Position numbers and translations under genes: made by a program
Shown here: positions 22,868 to 34,126 of the stretch, piece after piece
How positions within the stretch are numbered: the first letter of the stretch is position 1
How the letters are laid out: every line of letters begins with the position of its first letter
DNA from: Eledone cirrhosa
Taxonomy: Eukaryota
Direction: 5' to 3'
NCBI GenBank assembly: GCA_964016885.1
Contig: OZ024745.1
Location: 62,062,001-62,126,000, forward strand
DNA length: 64,000 nt
Notes under the pieces: generated by a model
What the model was told of the DNA's origin: nothing
What the model saw: only the letters and a program-made list of their open reading frames with translations
Database searches by the model: none

Positions 22868-24730
22868 TTACTTACCTTCCGGGGTCTTGTGAAGGTCGGG
22901 TGGTTCGACCTCCATGGTTTGTGGGGTTTCTTTTGGGAACCCCTTTAATAGTCTTGACGTGGGTTTTACGTTCGGGGTTCCCACATCCCGAGGAAAGCTC
23001 TTTCGAATTTCTTTGTATGAAGCGAGCGACATTCGCATCAGAAGCAAATTATCTGGTACGCGAAATGTGCTCGCTTCAAATGTTTCCCCGTCTTTTTCGA
23101 TGTTTGTGCTTCGTGCTACATGGGCCATCAATTCCTTGTTGGCCCTTCTGGCAAGCACGAAGTTTTTAATGTTTTGTTGCTCGGGTTTTATTTGTTCGTG
23201 TGATTGTGGTGGTGATAGCTTTGTTAGTGTTGTTTCTATTGTGTCTGCGTTTGTTGTGGGTGGGGTGTCTGTAGTTTCTGATGTTTGTGTGTCTATTTGT
23301 TCTTGTGTCTGTTTAGCTTGTTTGCGTTTGGGGGATTTTGGTGGTTGTGTTGGTGATGCTGTGGGGAAAATGTTTGTGTGGGTGGTGTGTGTATTTTTTT
23401 TTGTGGGGGTGTTTGTGCTTTGTGGATTTCTTTTTTTTTTGTGTTTTGTTTTTTGTATTTTGGGGGACTTTGGTTTTCCCTCATCTTCACTGCTGGAGGA
23501 TGAGGGGTCTGTGGCTGTGAGCGTGTTTGTGTCTGAGTGAGTGTTTATCTTCTTGTTCGTGTGTGTATTTTGGGGGGGAGGGGGAATGGGAGAGCTTTCC
23601 TCGTTTCCCCCCTGGGTGTGCAATTTTGGTGGTTCCATTGTTGACGGTGTTGCTGGTGGTCCTTGTCCCGGCGTCGCCAGCAGTGGAATCTTTCGACCCC
23701 TTGCGCTTTTCGGCAGTTGAGGGCAGAAGGCTCGCAAGTGTGTCGTTTCCCCACAAAGGAAACAATGCGGCCTTTTGCCCTCAGTCATTATATGCAACAC
23801 CCTCCCGTTTTGGAGGCGGATGTGGTCCGGGATTGTTTTTACGTTTTCGGGTCTGATTTGGAGCAGTATCTCCAGATCAACCCCGGACCAGTCGTCTCTG
23901 GCAGTTCTCGTTGCCTCTACCGGGACTGTATCCGTTCCTTCCACGATTACGCAACCCAGGAGCCACCACATATCAAGTCCTGGTGGAATCCTGGGAATGC
24001 GCACACGTGCTATTCGTTTTCCCATGTGGGAGGGGTACATTATGACCTTGCTGGTTTTGCAAGGGGTCATTGAATGCTTCACAGCGAGGGCTTCAGACTT
24101 GAACAGCACCGAAACGGTGCCGTATTGCCTGCCCCTCTCTATGAAGTCTGTGTCCTCTCTGATGTATTTCAGTGCGGCTTCTATGTCAGCTTGGGCGATT
24201 ATCGCTGCCCTCTTTGTCTCTACTGAGATGCATCTGAAATGCACCGTTCTTTTTTCCACTGCCTCAATGGCTTCTGCCGGGACAGTTAAGTTTGCCCAGG
24301 TCTGCTCTTGGTTTATGATTTTCCAGGCCTGGGCCAACTTTTCCTCTCTGTTGGTTAAGTCGATGCTGTAGCATGGTCTCCTTTTAGCCGCTGCCACAGC
24401 AGCGAAAGTGTTCTTGTTGGTGTTGTCACTGTTGTTGTTCTTGTTGGTGTTGCTGCTGCTATTGCTGTTGTTGTTCTCCCCTGTGTCGTGGTTACCTTCT
24501 GTGCTGTTGGCCTTGTTGGTGCTCTCGCTATTACCACCTTCTGCGCTGTTCGGCTTGTTGGTGTTGGTGTTGTCGCTGTTACCACCTTCCGCGCCGCTCG
24601 GCCCGTTGGTGCTGGCACTGTCGCTGCTCACATTCGTGCTGGTGGCGCTCCTCGCCTCACCTCTCCTCTCAACGCTCAAGTCGCCGTTGCACGACAGCAG
24701 ACCCGCCTCTAGGGGGCGTGGCTCCGCCAT
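22868..24730 (-). CDS. Tx1 ORF1, 620 aa from ATG 24730
   Basis: MAEPRPLE... start, Asn/Ser-rich N-terminus, RRM-like middle region, CFLCGETTHLRAFC knuckle, Pro/Thr-rich linker and conserved C-terminal domain. Confidence 0.9.
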   Translation of the reverse strand: MAEPRPLEAGLLSCNGDLSVERRGEARSATSTNVSSDSASTNGPSGAEGGNSDNTNTNKPNSAEGGNSESTNKANSTEGNHDTGENNNSNSSSNTNKNNNSDNTNKNTFAAVAAAKRRPCYSIDLTNREEKLAQAWKIINQEQTWANLTVPAEAIEAVEKRTVHFRCISVETKRAAIIAQADIEAALKYIREDTDFIERGRQYGTVSVLFKSEALAVKHSMTPCKTSKVIMYPSHMGKRIARVRIPRIPPGLDMWWLLGCVIVEGTDTVPVEATRTARDDWSGVDLEILLQIRPENVKTIPDHIRLQNGRVLHIMTEGKRPHCFLCGETTHLRAFCPQLPKSARGRKIPLLATPGQGPPATPSTMEPPKLHTQGGNEESSPIPPPPQNTHTNKKINTHSDTNTLTATDPSSSSSEDEGKPKSPKIQKTKHKKKRNPQSTNTPTKKNTHTTHTNIFPTASPTQPPKSPKRKQAKQTQEQIDTQTSETTDTPPTTNADTIETTLTKLSPPQSHEQIKPEQQNIKNFVLARRANKELMAHVARSTNIEKDGETFEASTFRVPDNLLLMRMSLASYKEIRKSFPRDVGTPNVKPTSRLLKGFPKETPQTMEVEPPDLHKTPEGK

Positions 24731-24963
24731 GTTTTTTTTGAGAAAAAAATTATTATTTTTTTCAAAATAAAGTTCAAATATTTGGGCCAAAAGGCCCAAA
24801 TATTATGAGTTATTCCTTCACAGGATACAAATGAATGTCTTATAATGCTTCAGCGGTACAACAAAATAAACAATTCTCCACAATTAATCCTCAAAAAATT
24901 GCTTACTCACGGAGCTTCAAAAAACGTACATCCACTTTCGTCAATAATAATAATAATAATAAT

Positions 24964-25209
24964 TGTTTCTACTATTGACACAAGGCCAGCAATTACCCAG
25001 TACATTACAATAATAATAATAATTGTTTCTACGTTAGGCACAAGGCCAGCAATTACCCAGTGCATTACTGGTACTTTATTTTATCTACCCAGTAAGGATG
25101 AAAGCAAAGTCAACCTCGGCGGGATTTGAACTCAGATCGTAAAGGGACGTAACTATGCTGGAAAGCATGGCGTCCGACCCTCTACTGATACTGCCAATCC
25201 ACGGCCCTT
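24964..25209 (-). mobile_element. (ATT)n-tailed SINE: a 3' fragment (24964-25005) plus a full copy (25024-25209)
   Basis: Same family as 12872-13049, with the copies separated by AAT repeats. Confidence 0.85.
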
Positions 25210-25216
25210 TATATAT

Positions 25217-28200
25217 GATTTTATTTATTGGCCACAAGGGCCGACATATAGGGGAAAATACAAAAGACTGGGACAGTGGGGTTTTACAGAAAAATCGAGT
25301 AAACAATATGAATAACAATAACAAAGTAACAATAAAAAAGTAACAATAAACAAACAAGAAAATTACAAGAAAAAATTTCCCCAATAGGGGGGTTGACCAC
25401 CCAGGGTTCGCTCAGGTACCCCACCAATCCTGAACGACCCGACGCTTCGAGAGCACCCTGGAAGGGTACCCCCTCTCCTCTTCACATTTACCTACCTACA
25501 GCCGCATGACCAGAGTAGGCCCACTCACACGGGCCATTCTCACCACATTCACCCACCTTTCAGCAAATGTACTGGGGGTGGGGGTGGGGGGGGGGAGCAC
25601 TTCTCTCTCCACCTGCACCTTCCATTCCAAGTGAAACTTGAAAAAGTTGATGAGGGATTGGCCGAAGAGAAAAGTGTCTGTCTTCAGTCCTTTCAACCTC
25701 GTCCACCATACAACCTCTTTCGCTACTGCCACCAGACAGGAAAATTTCCTGCCCTTGCTGGCCAAAAGAAGGCGGCGGGTCGATCTCCACTATGGACTCG
25801 GCCGATAGGCGGATCCGTTCTACACGCGACAACAGCTGCTTAACATAACTCCACAAGTCAGTAGTGCACGGACACTGGACGAGTGCGTGCAGAACGGTTT
25901 CGTCGCTCTGCGCGCATCTCAGGAAGGTCCGTCTGACAGCACTTCCGTGCCTGTAAATTTTATCTCGAACCGGCAGTACCCCCGGTAGCACTGCCAAGCG
26001 AGGGATTTTTGGAAATTATCCATCGTCCCCGGCTCGAAAGTCCTCTGGTACAGACTGGTTAGTTCGACTTCGTTGACTCCCAGAACCTCTCCGAGTCCGG
26101 CGTCGCACTTGCCCACCAATAATCCTCTATAGAACTCGACAATGGAAGTTCCACTGACCGCATTTCCCGCCTGGTAGAGGGCAGTGAGTGCCTGGCAACA
26201 TACCAGATGCCAGTCACCCAGTCTGGGTCTCTTCTTGACCCAGGACTGCAGCTCAGTCAAAGAAATGAGCTGCGGAAAGGCCCGTCTGATAAACGGCGAC
26301 CACACCTGTTTACCGTTGTGGCAGAATATCTGGAGATGTCGCAGCCTCAACGCATGTCTGCGCATCATTAACCACAGCAGGCCCAGCTCTCCGCGTAGAG
26401 GGTGCTGGCAGTCGATTGACCGCCTCACCAACGGAAGTTGTCCCTTCCACAAGAATTTGAAGAGGAGCCGTTCCAACTTGACGAGGCGCGGACGGGGTCA
26501 AGGCACGACGGTCAGGCGGTAGCAGATGACGGACGCGATGTACGCATTCGCCACCTCCGCGCGATCTTTCAGTGATAGCTTCCTCCAAGCCCATTTTTGG
26601 GTGAGACTGGCTACTATGCTCGTTACCTCGTCCCAATTCTTTTCCACCTGGAGGTCTGGTCCGAACCAAACCCCGAGCAACTTTACCGGTCCGTCCGTCC
26701 AGCGCCCCACGATGCTGTTGGACGGCATGGGCCTGCCTCTCCAGGTTCCGATCTGCAAGCCCACCGACGTTTCAGGGTTAAGTTTGGCTCCCGTCAACCT
26801 TTCACATTCCTCCAATAAGTTGCCAACCACCTCGATTTCTGAGGTGTCCGACACCATCACGGTGATGTCGTCCGCATAAGCCGACACCGCCTTTCCACGT
26901 CCCGGTTCGATCGGGATGCCCTGCAACAGCTCCAGCTTCCGCAGTAAAGGCTCAAGAGTCAATACGTACAGAAGAGAGGAGAGAGGGCACCCTTGACGGA
27001 CCGATCGGGAGACCTTAAACGGTTCCGAGAGGTGATCATTAATTTTGACCACCGAGCAGGTCCCGCTGTGCAATGAAGCGATCCAGCTTCTGAAGACGGG
27101 GCCGAAGCCAACCGCCTTGAGGACAGCCTCCAGGTACCGATGGTCGACCCTATCGAATGCTTTCGATTGATCTAAATTGATGAGAGCCACACCAAAGCTA
27201 GGTTTACATCCTACCCTCTCTATGATGTATCGTTTCAGGTGGAGGTTGTCGACGGGGACCTGGTTGGGATTACGCAAGTTTGCGCCTCCCCAACCAAATC
27301 CCCGTCGACAAGCGCCAACCTCTTCGCTAACACCCTGGCCAAAATCTTAAACTCTGTGTTGAGCAGAGTTATAGGCCTGAAATTGTCTAATGTGTCCCTC
27401 TTGTTCTCGTCTTTCCTTATCAGTGTCACTACGCCCCGGCTCAGAGAACTGGGAATGCTCCCGTTCTGCTGCCAGTTGCAATAGAGCGCTTCGAGGAGAT
27501 TGGAGAACAAGTCTGGCATATTTACGTAAAGATCGTAGGGCGGACAATCCAAACCGGGTGACTTGCACCTCATGCAGCCGACAAGGGCATCCTGAATCTC
27601 GGCTGAAGTAATCAGCCTTTCGCAGCGCCCAGCGTCGGCCGTCGAGAGTGGCGTCAAGCCATCGAGGTAGGGACTGAAGTCCGCCACCGCCTCTGACCCG
27701 CCACTTCCCCCGAACAACCTAGCAAAATGTTGGCGAAAATGCCTCACACATCCGCTTGGAATCGCACAGCTCGTGTCCATCTTGGTCCGTCAAAGACCGA
27801 ATCGTGGTTTTATTACCACGCTGCGCTTCTGCCACGCGGGCCCATCGAACAGCTTTGGTTCCCTCGTTTCACAGAGCACGCGCCTTAGCTCTGACAATGC
27901 AACCTTCGTGTTTCGCATTGAAGAAATGGTTTAATGCCATTCTCGCCGCTAGCACGTTAGTTGCAATGCCACTGCAAATAGCCTCGTCTAACTTATCTAC
28001 CAACACCCCCTCCTTTCTATTTTTCTCTAATGCTACTTCTTTGCTAAACTCTATCGACATTACTCTAATCTCTCTTTTGAGAGCCCCCCACCATCTATTG
28101 TTGACGATTTCCTCTGTCAACTTTTTCTTAACTAAATTGTTGGCCTGCTACCTGTAAGCCTTACGTGCCGGAAATGACATGTTCAGCTTTCAATAACCAG

Positions 28201-29934
28201 GTCCTAATCTACGCGTCTTATCTAGGTCGACCATACAGATCACAAACTTGTGATCTGAATAGATGACCGTTTTAAAACGTGGACAGCTTACACTAGTTCT
28301 GTCTATTTTTCCTAATGAATATCCTGTCTATATACGACCTAGATGACCCTATGCGGTTAGCCCAGGTCCACACTGGCGCATTAGGGAAATCTAGTCGGTA
28401 CTTGTCAGACAGTTGGAACTGGCTGATCATGTTTTTGAGGCTTTTGCACCCCCGCCCCCGCTCCTATCGGATACTCCCACACAGTCCCAGCGTGCGTCTA
28501 AGATGCCGTTCCAGTCCCCCGCTAACAGTAAAGGGCGAGACGTACCTAGAAAGGCTTCCAGGCGTCTAAAGAAGTCCGTCTGTCCTGCCGGTGATGGTTT
28601 TGGTGGTGTTGTTTCGGTTGTGTCTGTGTTTTGTTGTGAGTGCGGTGTCTGTGGTTTCAGATGTTTGTGTGTGTATTTGTTCTTGTGTCTGTTTAGGTTG
28701 TTTGCGTTTGGGGGATTCTGGTGATGGTGATGGTGGTTTTGATGTTGGTGTTATTGGAGAGATATTTGCGTGGGTGGTGTCTGCATTTTTTATTGTGGGT
28801 GATGTTGTGCTTTGAGTTTTTTTTTCCTTTTTGTGTTTCCTTTTTTGTATTTTGGGAGATTTTGGTTTTCCCTCATCTTCACTACTGGTAGATGAGGGGT
28901 CTGTGTCTGTAAGTGTGTCTGTGTGTGTTTATGTTTTTATTGATGTGTTTATTTTTGGGGGGAGGGTGAATTTGACAACTTTCCTCGTTTTCCCCCTGGG
29001 TGGTCAATGTTGGTGGTGGTCTTTCTATTGGTGTTGTTGTTGGTGGTTCTGCCGGTGCTGGTGTTGGTTGTGGTCCTCGCCCTGGCGTCGGAAGCAGTGG
29101 AGCCCTTCAACCCCTTGCATCTTTCAGCAGTTGAGGGCAGAAGACTCGCAAATGTGTTTTTTCCCCACAAACAAAACAACGCCGCCATTTGCCCTCGGTA
29201 ATAATATGAATGACCATCCCATTCTGAAGGCGGATGTGGTCCGGGATTGTCTTCACATTCTCGGGCCTGATCTGGAGAAGTATCTCCAGGTCAATCCCGG
29301 ACCAGTCCTCTCTGGCCGTTCTTGTCACTTCTATCGGGACGGTATCCGTCCCCTCCACAATCATACATCCCAGAAGCCATCACATGTCAGTCCTGGTGGG
29401 AATCTGGGAATGCGGAGACGGGCCGTTCTTTTTCCCATGTGGGAGGGGTACATTATGACCTTGCTGGTTTTGCAAGGAGTCATAGCGTGTTTCATAGCGA
29501 GGGTTTCTGACTTGAACAGCACCGAAATGGTGCCGTACTGTCTGCCCCTCGCTTTGTATTCGGTGTCATCTCTGATGCACCTCAGTGCGGCTTCGACATC
29601 TGCTTGTGGAATTAAAGCTTCCCTTTTGGTTTGTGCTGAGATGCATCTATAATGCACCGTTCTGCGCTCCACTGCCTCAATAGCTTCTACCGGGACAGTT
29701 AAGGTTTGCATCTTTGTTTGAGAGGTCCATGTTCAAGCAAGGCCTCTTTTTTGCCGCTGCCGCAGCGAAAGTGGTCTTCTTGTTGCCGTTGGGGGTGTTG
29801 TTGTTGTTGTCGTTGTTCTTCTTGGTGTTGTTGTTATCACTGCCTTACAAAAGAACAACAAATTCAATAAATAAGTTTTGACAGGTAAATAAATAAACTT
29901 ACGAGAGCAAGCAAAAAGACGTCCGTTCAGACAC
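25217..29934 (-). mobile_element. Tx1 element C (B-family ORF2), decayed, with internal deletions
   Basis: ORF2 remnants 25496-28587 are frameshifted. ORF1 is fused to ORF2 at ~28588 (PKPSP|AGQTDFFRRLE). The 5' end abuts (AAT)18. Confidence 0.92.
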
Positions 29935-29988
<54 letters not shown>

Positions 29989-29989
<1 letters not shown>

Positions 29990-31807
29990 TTTTCTTTATT
30001 AATCACAAGGGTTTACATAAAGTAGACATTAAGGACAGTACAGGACAATACAGGACGGTACAAATGGGCATTTTTGCGTGTAAAAAAAAACAGAGGATGA
30101 AATTAAATAACAAAGAAAAATTCCCCAATAGGGGGGAGACTTCCGAGGGACATTTGTGGAGAAAGCCCATTAAAAGACCACAGTGACCCTGACCACAGTG
30201 GCCCTGACCACCAGGGCAAGTGCCCTCTCCCAGTTTTCCACCTTTAATTTACAGACACATACTCAGAGAAGGCCCATTCATTCGGGCCATACTTGCTTCT
30301 CTCACCCATCTTTCAACAAAATGCTGGGAAGAGAGCACTTCCGGGGCATAGACGGCCACTAGCCTGAAAGCTTGCCCGTCTCCGCTGGTCACGTCCAGCA
30401 CCACCAGCTTACCCTCTGGGTCCAGGAAGATGGCCCGTATGGCGAGATCCAAATCTCTCCGAAAAAGCACAGCAACTCCTCCCCCCAATCCCGAACTTTT
30501 CACTGCTTGTGGCCTCCTCCGGAAGGATGTCCTTATAAATCCTCCTGAAGAATGCTTGTCGGAAGTCTCCGATGTCTTTGGGGAATTTTTGTTTTAGTGT
30601 CGTGTACGTTTTCTGTGTGATGCGAGTGATTTGTATGTGTGGAGGTGGTGTGAACTTTTGGGTTGTTGTGTAGTCTTTTTCTGTGATGCTGGTGCTGTGT
30701 TGGATGTAGTGTAATAATTGGTTGTTGTTCAAATTTAATGCTGTGTAGTGTGTATCGTTTTGGTTGTTTTGTTTTGTTTGCGTTTGTTGTGGGTTTGTTT
30801 ATGTTTCGCTTTTTGGTGACTTTTGTGGTGTTGGTGATGGAGGTGTTGGGGTAATGATGGTGATGGTGTTGGTGTTTGGTGTGATGGGGTTGGTGATGCT
30901 GGTGTGGATGGTGGCATATCTGTCCTAACTTTTTTGTTTAATAGTTTATTTGTTTCCCTCTGTATTTTGTTTATGGAGGGAGCGTGAAGATAATTTTTTT
31001 CTTTTTTGGTTTCTTTTTTTCTTTTTTCCTGATACCGTTTCTCACTCCTCGTCGTCACAATCTGTCTACAGTTGCGATAAGCCGGGGAGTGGAAAATCAT
31101 CCACAGGCGTTGGTTTTGGTTGGGGGCTGACCCTGTACCCATCTTTCTTTACCATTTTTTTGGCTTCTTCTAATTCCTCCTGAGTTACCTGAAATGCTTC
31201 GCACTGTTTTGCTACTCTGGCAAAACTCAAGGTGGTTTTCTTAATTTCATTGTTGCTGTTGTTATCGTTATTTTTGTTATTATTAATTTTAGTTTCAGTT
31301 GTGGTGGTGGTGGCGTCAGTGGTGTTCGGTGTCGAAGAGTTCATTTTGGTTGAATTCATTTCGATATCACGAGTTAATTTATTTTTTTCTTTTGTTTCTG
31401 TTGTCGCTGTGGTGGTGGGGGTAGCGGCTTTAACACCTGCAGTTATTGGTTATGGCGTGAAATGAATGTCTGCCTGAGACAAATTTAAAATATTGCTACT
31501 GCTTATATTTTTAGTGTTGGCAAACGTAGTAATATTTACAATGGTGTCGGTGTGAGGTGTTAGGTTGTGAGGAAAGAGTTACTCTGAGTCGTCCATGATT
31601 TTTCAAAGAAACTATAATAATTATAAAAGTTTAAATTTTGGGCTCAAGGCCCCAATCTTTTTGGGTGTCCTTTTCAGATAACAATGTATGTGCACTTATA
31701 TACAGTAAAAACAATAGAAATATTTTCCATAAATGGCAATTTTAAACAACTGAAAATAACAAACCTTTGCGGAGCTCAGGATGATACGATTTACTACGTA
31801 GGTCGCC
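29989..31807 (-). mobile_element. Tx1 element D, 1.8-kb multiply deleted non-autonomous derivative
   Basis: A-like 3'UTR and ORF2 pieces (…VYAP|EVLSSQH…), divergent ORF1 remnants from ATG 31596, and (AAT)n on both sides. Confidence 0.9.
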
Positions 31808-31853
<46 letters not shown>

Positions 31854-32224
31854 TTAATAATAAATAGGGAACAAAGAAGAAGTATTGCATCAAATACATA
31901 TTTAAATACATATTACACATGTTTCGATGCCAATCAGTCCAAGAATTTTCGAATTATATATTGTGGTATGTCGAAGTTACACTTTACAATGTTTTAATTG
32001 TATATTGACCGTAACATATATTTCAAAGATGATTTGCTCGAGATGTACATATCGATCTATATGTTCGTCAGATATTTGAACTGAATCATCTGTCAAACAT
32101 ATGTAATGGTCGATAAACAGGAAACACATTTTAAATTCAAATCTTCGTTATATCATACTTGATATATACATTCTGCTATAGCACTGAGTACGCAAATTGA
32201 TACCATTTTCAGTAATCCATAAAA

Positions 32225-32324
<100 letters not shown>

Positions 32325-33189
32325 TAAGTTTCGATTTTGTATTCTTTTAGCAAGGATGTTATGTAAAAACCTGCTTTGAAATAGAGAAGGTCCTGCTAAC
32401 AATAAAAACAAACGCACCACGCGAGTTTCACTTCAATTTATTCTAATTAGTTAAATAACTAATTTTTACGCAGGTTAGTTTACTAACCGGACGGTTGTTC
32501 AGGTTTTAATTGCCAAAGTATTTTCGTCACACAATCAGTGACCTTCTCAGTGACTACTTTTTGACCCTAATTTTGTTAATGAAACTCTCATCATATTTAC
32601 TATATTCCATGCATAGAGAATTACGATTGAAGTTGCTACATGTATCATGAATCATACCATAACTGTTCTGTGAGGTGAGTGTTTAGTATATTGAACACAT
32701 AACACTGAGCTTTCTCTTTTGGCTTTTTCTCAGATCTTCTAAGAAAATTATATTAACATGGAGTTATGCGTGTTTCTGGAATTTTATAACATGCCATGTG
32801 ACTTTATATTCCCACATTATTATTTTTCAAGATATCGTTCACTAATTAGTAATTAATTATATACATTCATTTAATTCATCTCAAACAATTTCATTAAAAT
32901 TTCTGTTCTCTCTGATACGAATTACACATGAAAGAGGTTATATTACATTTCCTCTCAAGTGAGAGTGAATATAATAGGGGTAATTAAATATGTTTTGTTC
33001 AAATTAACTTTCTAAACTACTAGGGATAATATAAACGTTACTTAAAGTACATTGGCTATACATCCATAGTTGGGATAATGTAATGAATTCGACAACTATT
33101 TTAAGAGCCATATACTTGTTGAGTCTATTCGATTTTGAATGAGAGACATAGTTTCAAGGAAGGATGCTTTATCTGTCTTTTATTCTAAT

Positions 33190-33330
33190 TTGATACCGGT
33201 GGCTATTCACAAACCGTCAACATAATGTTGGAAAAGTTGTCCACACTTTCTTCCATACGTCTGGTGATATGGCAATGCGGCAACGAATGCGTAAAAGAAC
33301 ACGGCCCACGAACTGGGGCATTAGATGTAA
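33190..33330 (-). pseudogene. Possible Tc1/mariner-like transposase C-terminal remnant
   Basis: RIRCRIAISPDVWKKVWTTF resembles the recalled RI..AI..I.PDML..VW..F tail. Confidence 0.25.
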
Positions 33331-33747
33331 CAGTATCAAATAAGCCAAATCAATATATATAGGTGTAAGTACTAATATTGTCTTTCAAGAATTTGTAACT
33401 TTGCTTATTAATTTTGTTAATTATATATTACGAAGATATGATTGCCATTCTTTACGACTGTGTAATATTAATTCAACTTTTAAAAATGTACTATTTGAGA
33501 GAAGCTGCGATAAAGCAATCAGTATTCAATAGGCTCACATGAATTGTTCAGTAAATCTTCTATATCGAAATTATTGTTGTTTCCCGTAAAGTCGTGTATT
33601 TCCCTTTTCCTTAAATTTCTTCGACTCTTGTTCGTACGAATTTCTTCGACTCTTGTTCATACGAATTTCTTCATTCTTTCGGAAATAAGAGCCTTTTATA
33701 TATTTTTAAGAATTAACTTTCTATCTCGTGTCTTTTTCACATAATCA

Positions 33748-33778
<31 letters not shown>

Positions 33779-34053
33779 GTAGGGGTCTTTTAAAGCTGTT
33801 CGTATTCTTTTCTTTCCTCATATACTTTCATTGCTATTTGTTATTCTTGTATAAACTTTTATGATTTTGTAGAAATTCTCTTCATTTCACATCGAATGTT
33901 GACATGTGACATCGTATGTTTCCTTTATGCATTCTGGGGCGAGGAATTTCTGTTTCTCTGGGTTTGCGTATATCTTTGTTTAAACTTGTTTGTCTTAGTT
34001 TTCCACTTACAATCGCTACATTTATTCCAAGAAATCCCCCATTTTGAATCAAG

Positions 34054-34126
<73 letters not shown>

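Larger units (their letters stand above)
19160..24942 (-). mobile_element. Full-length Tx1-clade retrotransposon B (5783 bp), both ORFs open
   Basis: Flanked by (AAT)7 on both sides (19139-19159 and 24943-24963), compatible with a 21-bp TSD. 3' end AATAAATGAAATC. Confidence 0.94.

Noticed and set aside
24943-25209. CRISPR-like repeat/spacer pattern (ggcacaaggccagcaattacccag repeats)
   Set aside because: These are SINE 3' ends in a eukaryotic context, with no regular spacers or cas genes.
31740-31807. HDV-like ribozyme at Tx1 5' ends (all begin with G; D has a possible P1 ggcgacc/ggtttgtt)
   Set aside because: No P1.1 GG, P3/L3 or catalytic C strand could be built, and the pairing is not shared by the other elements.
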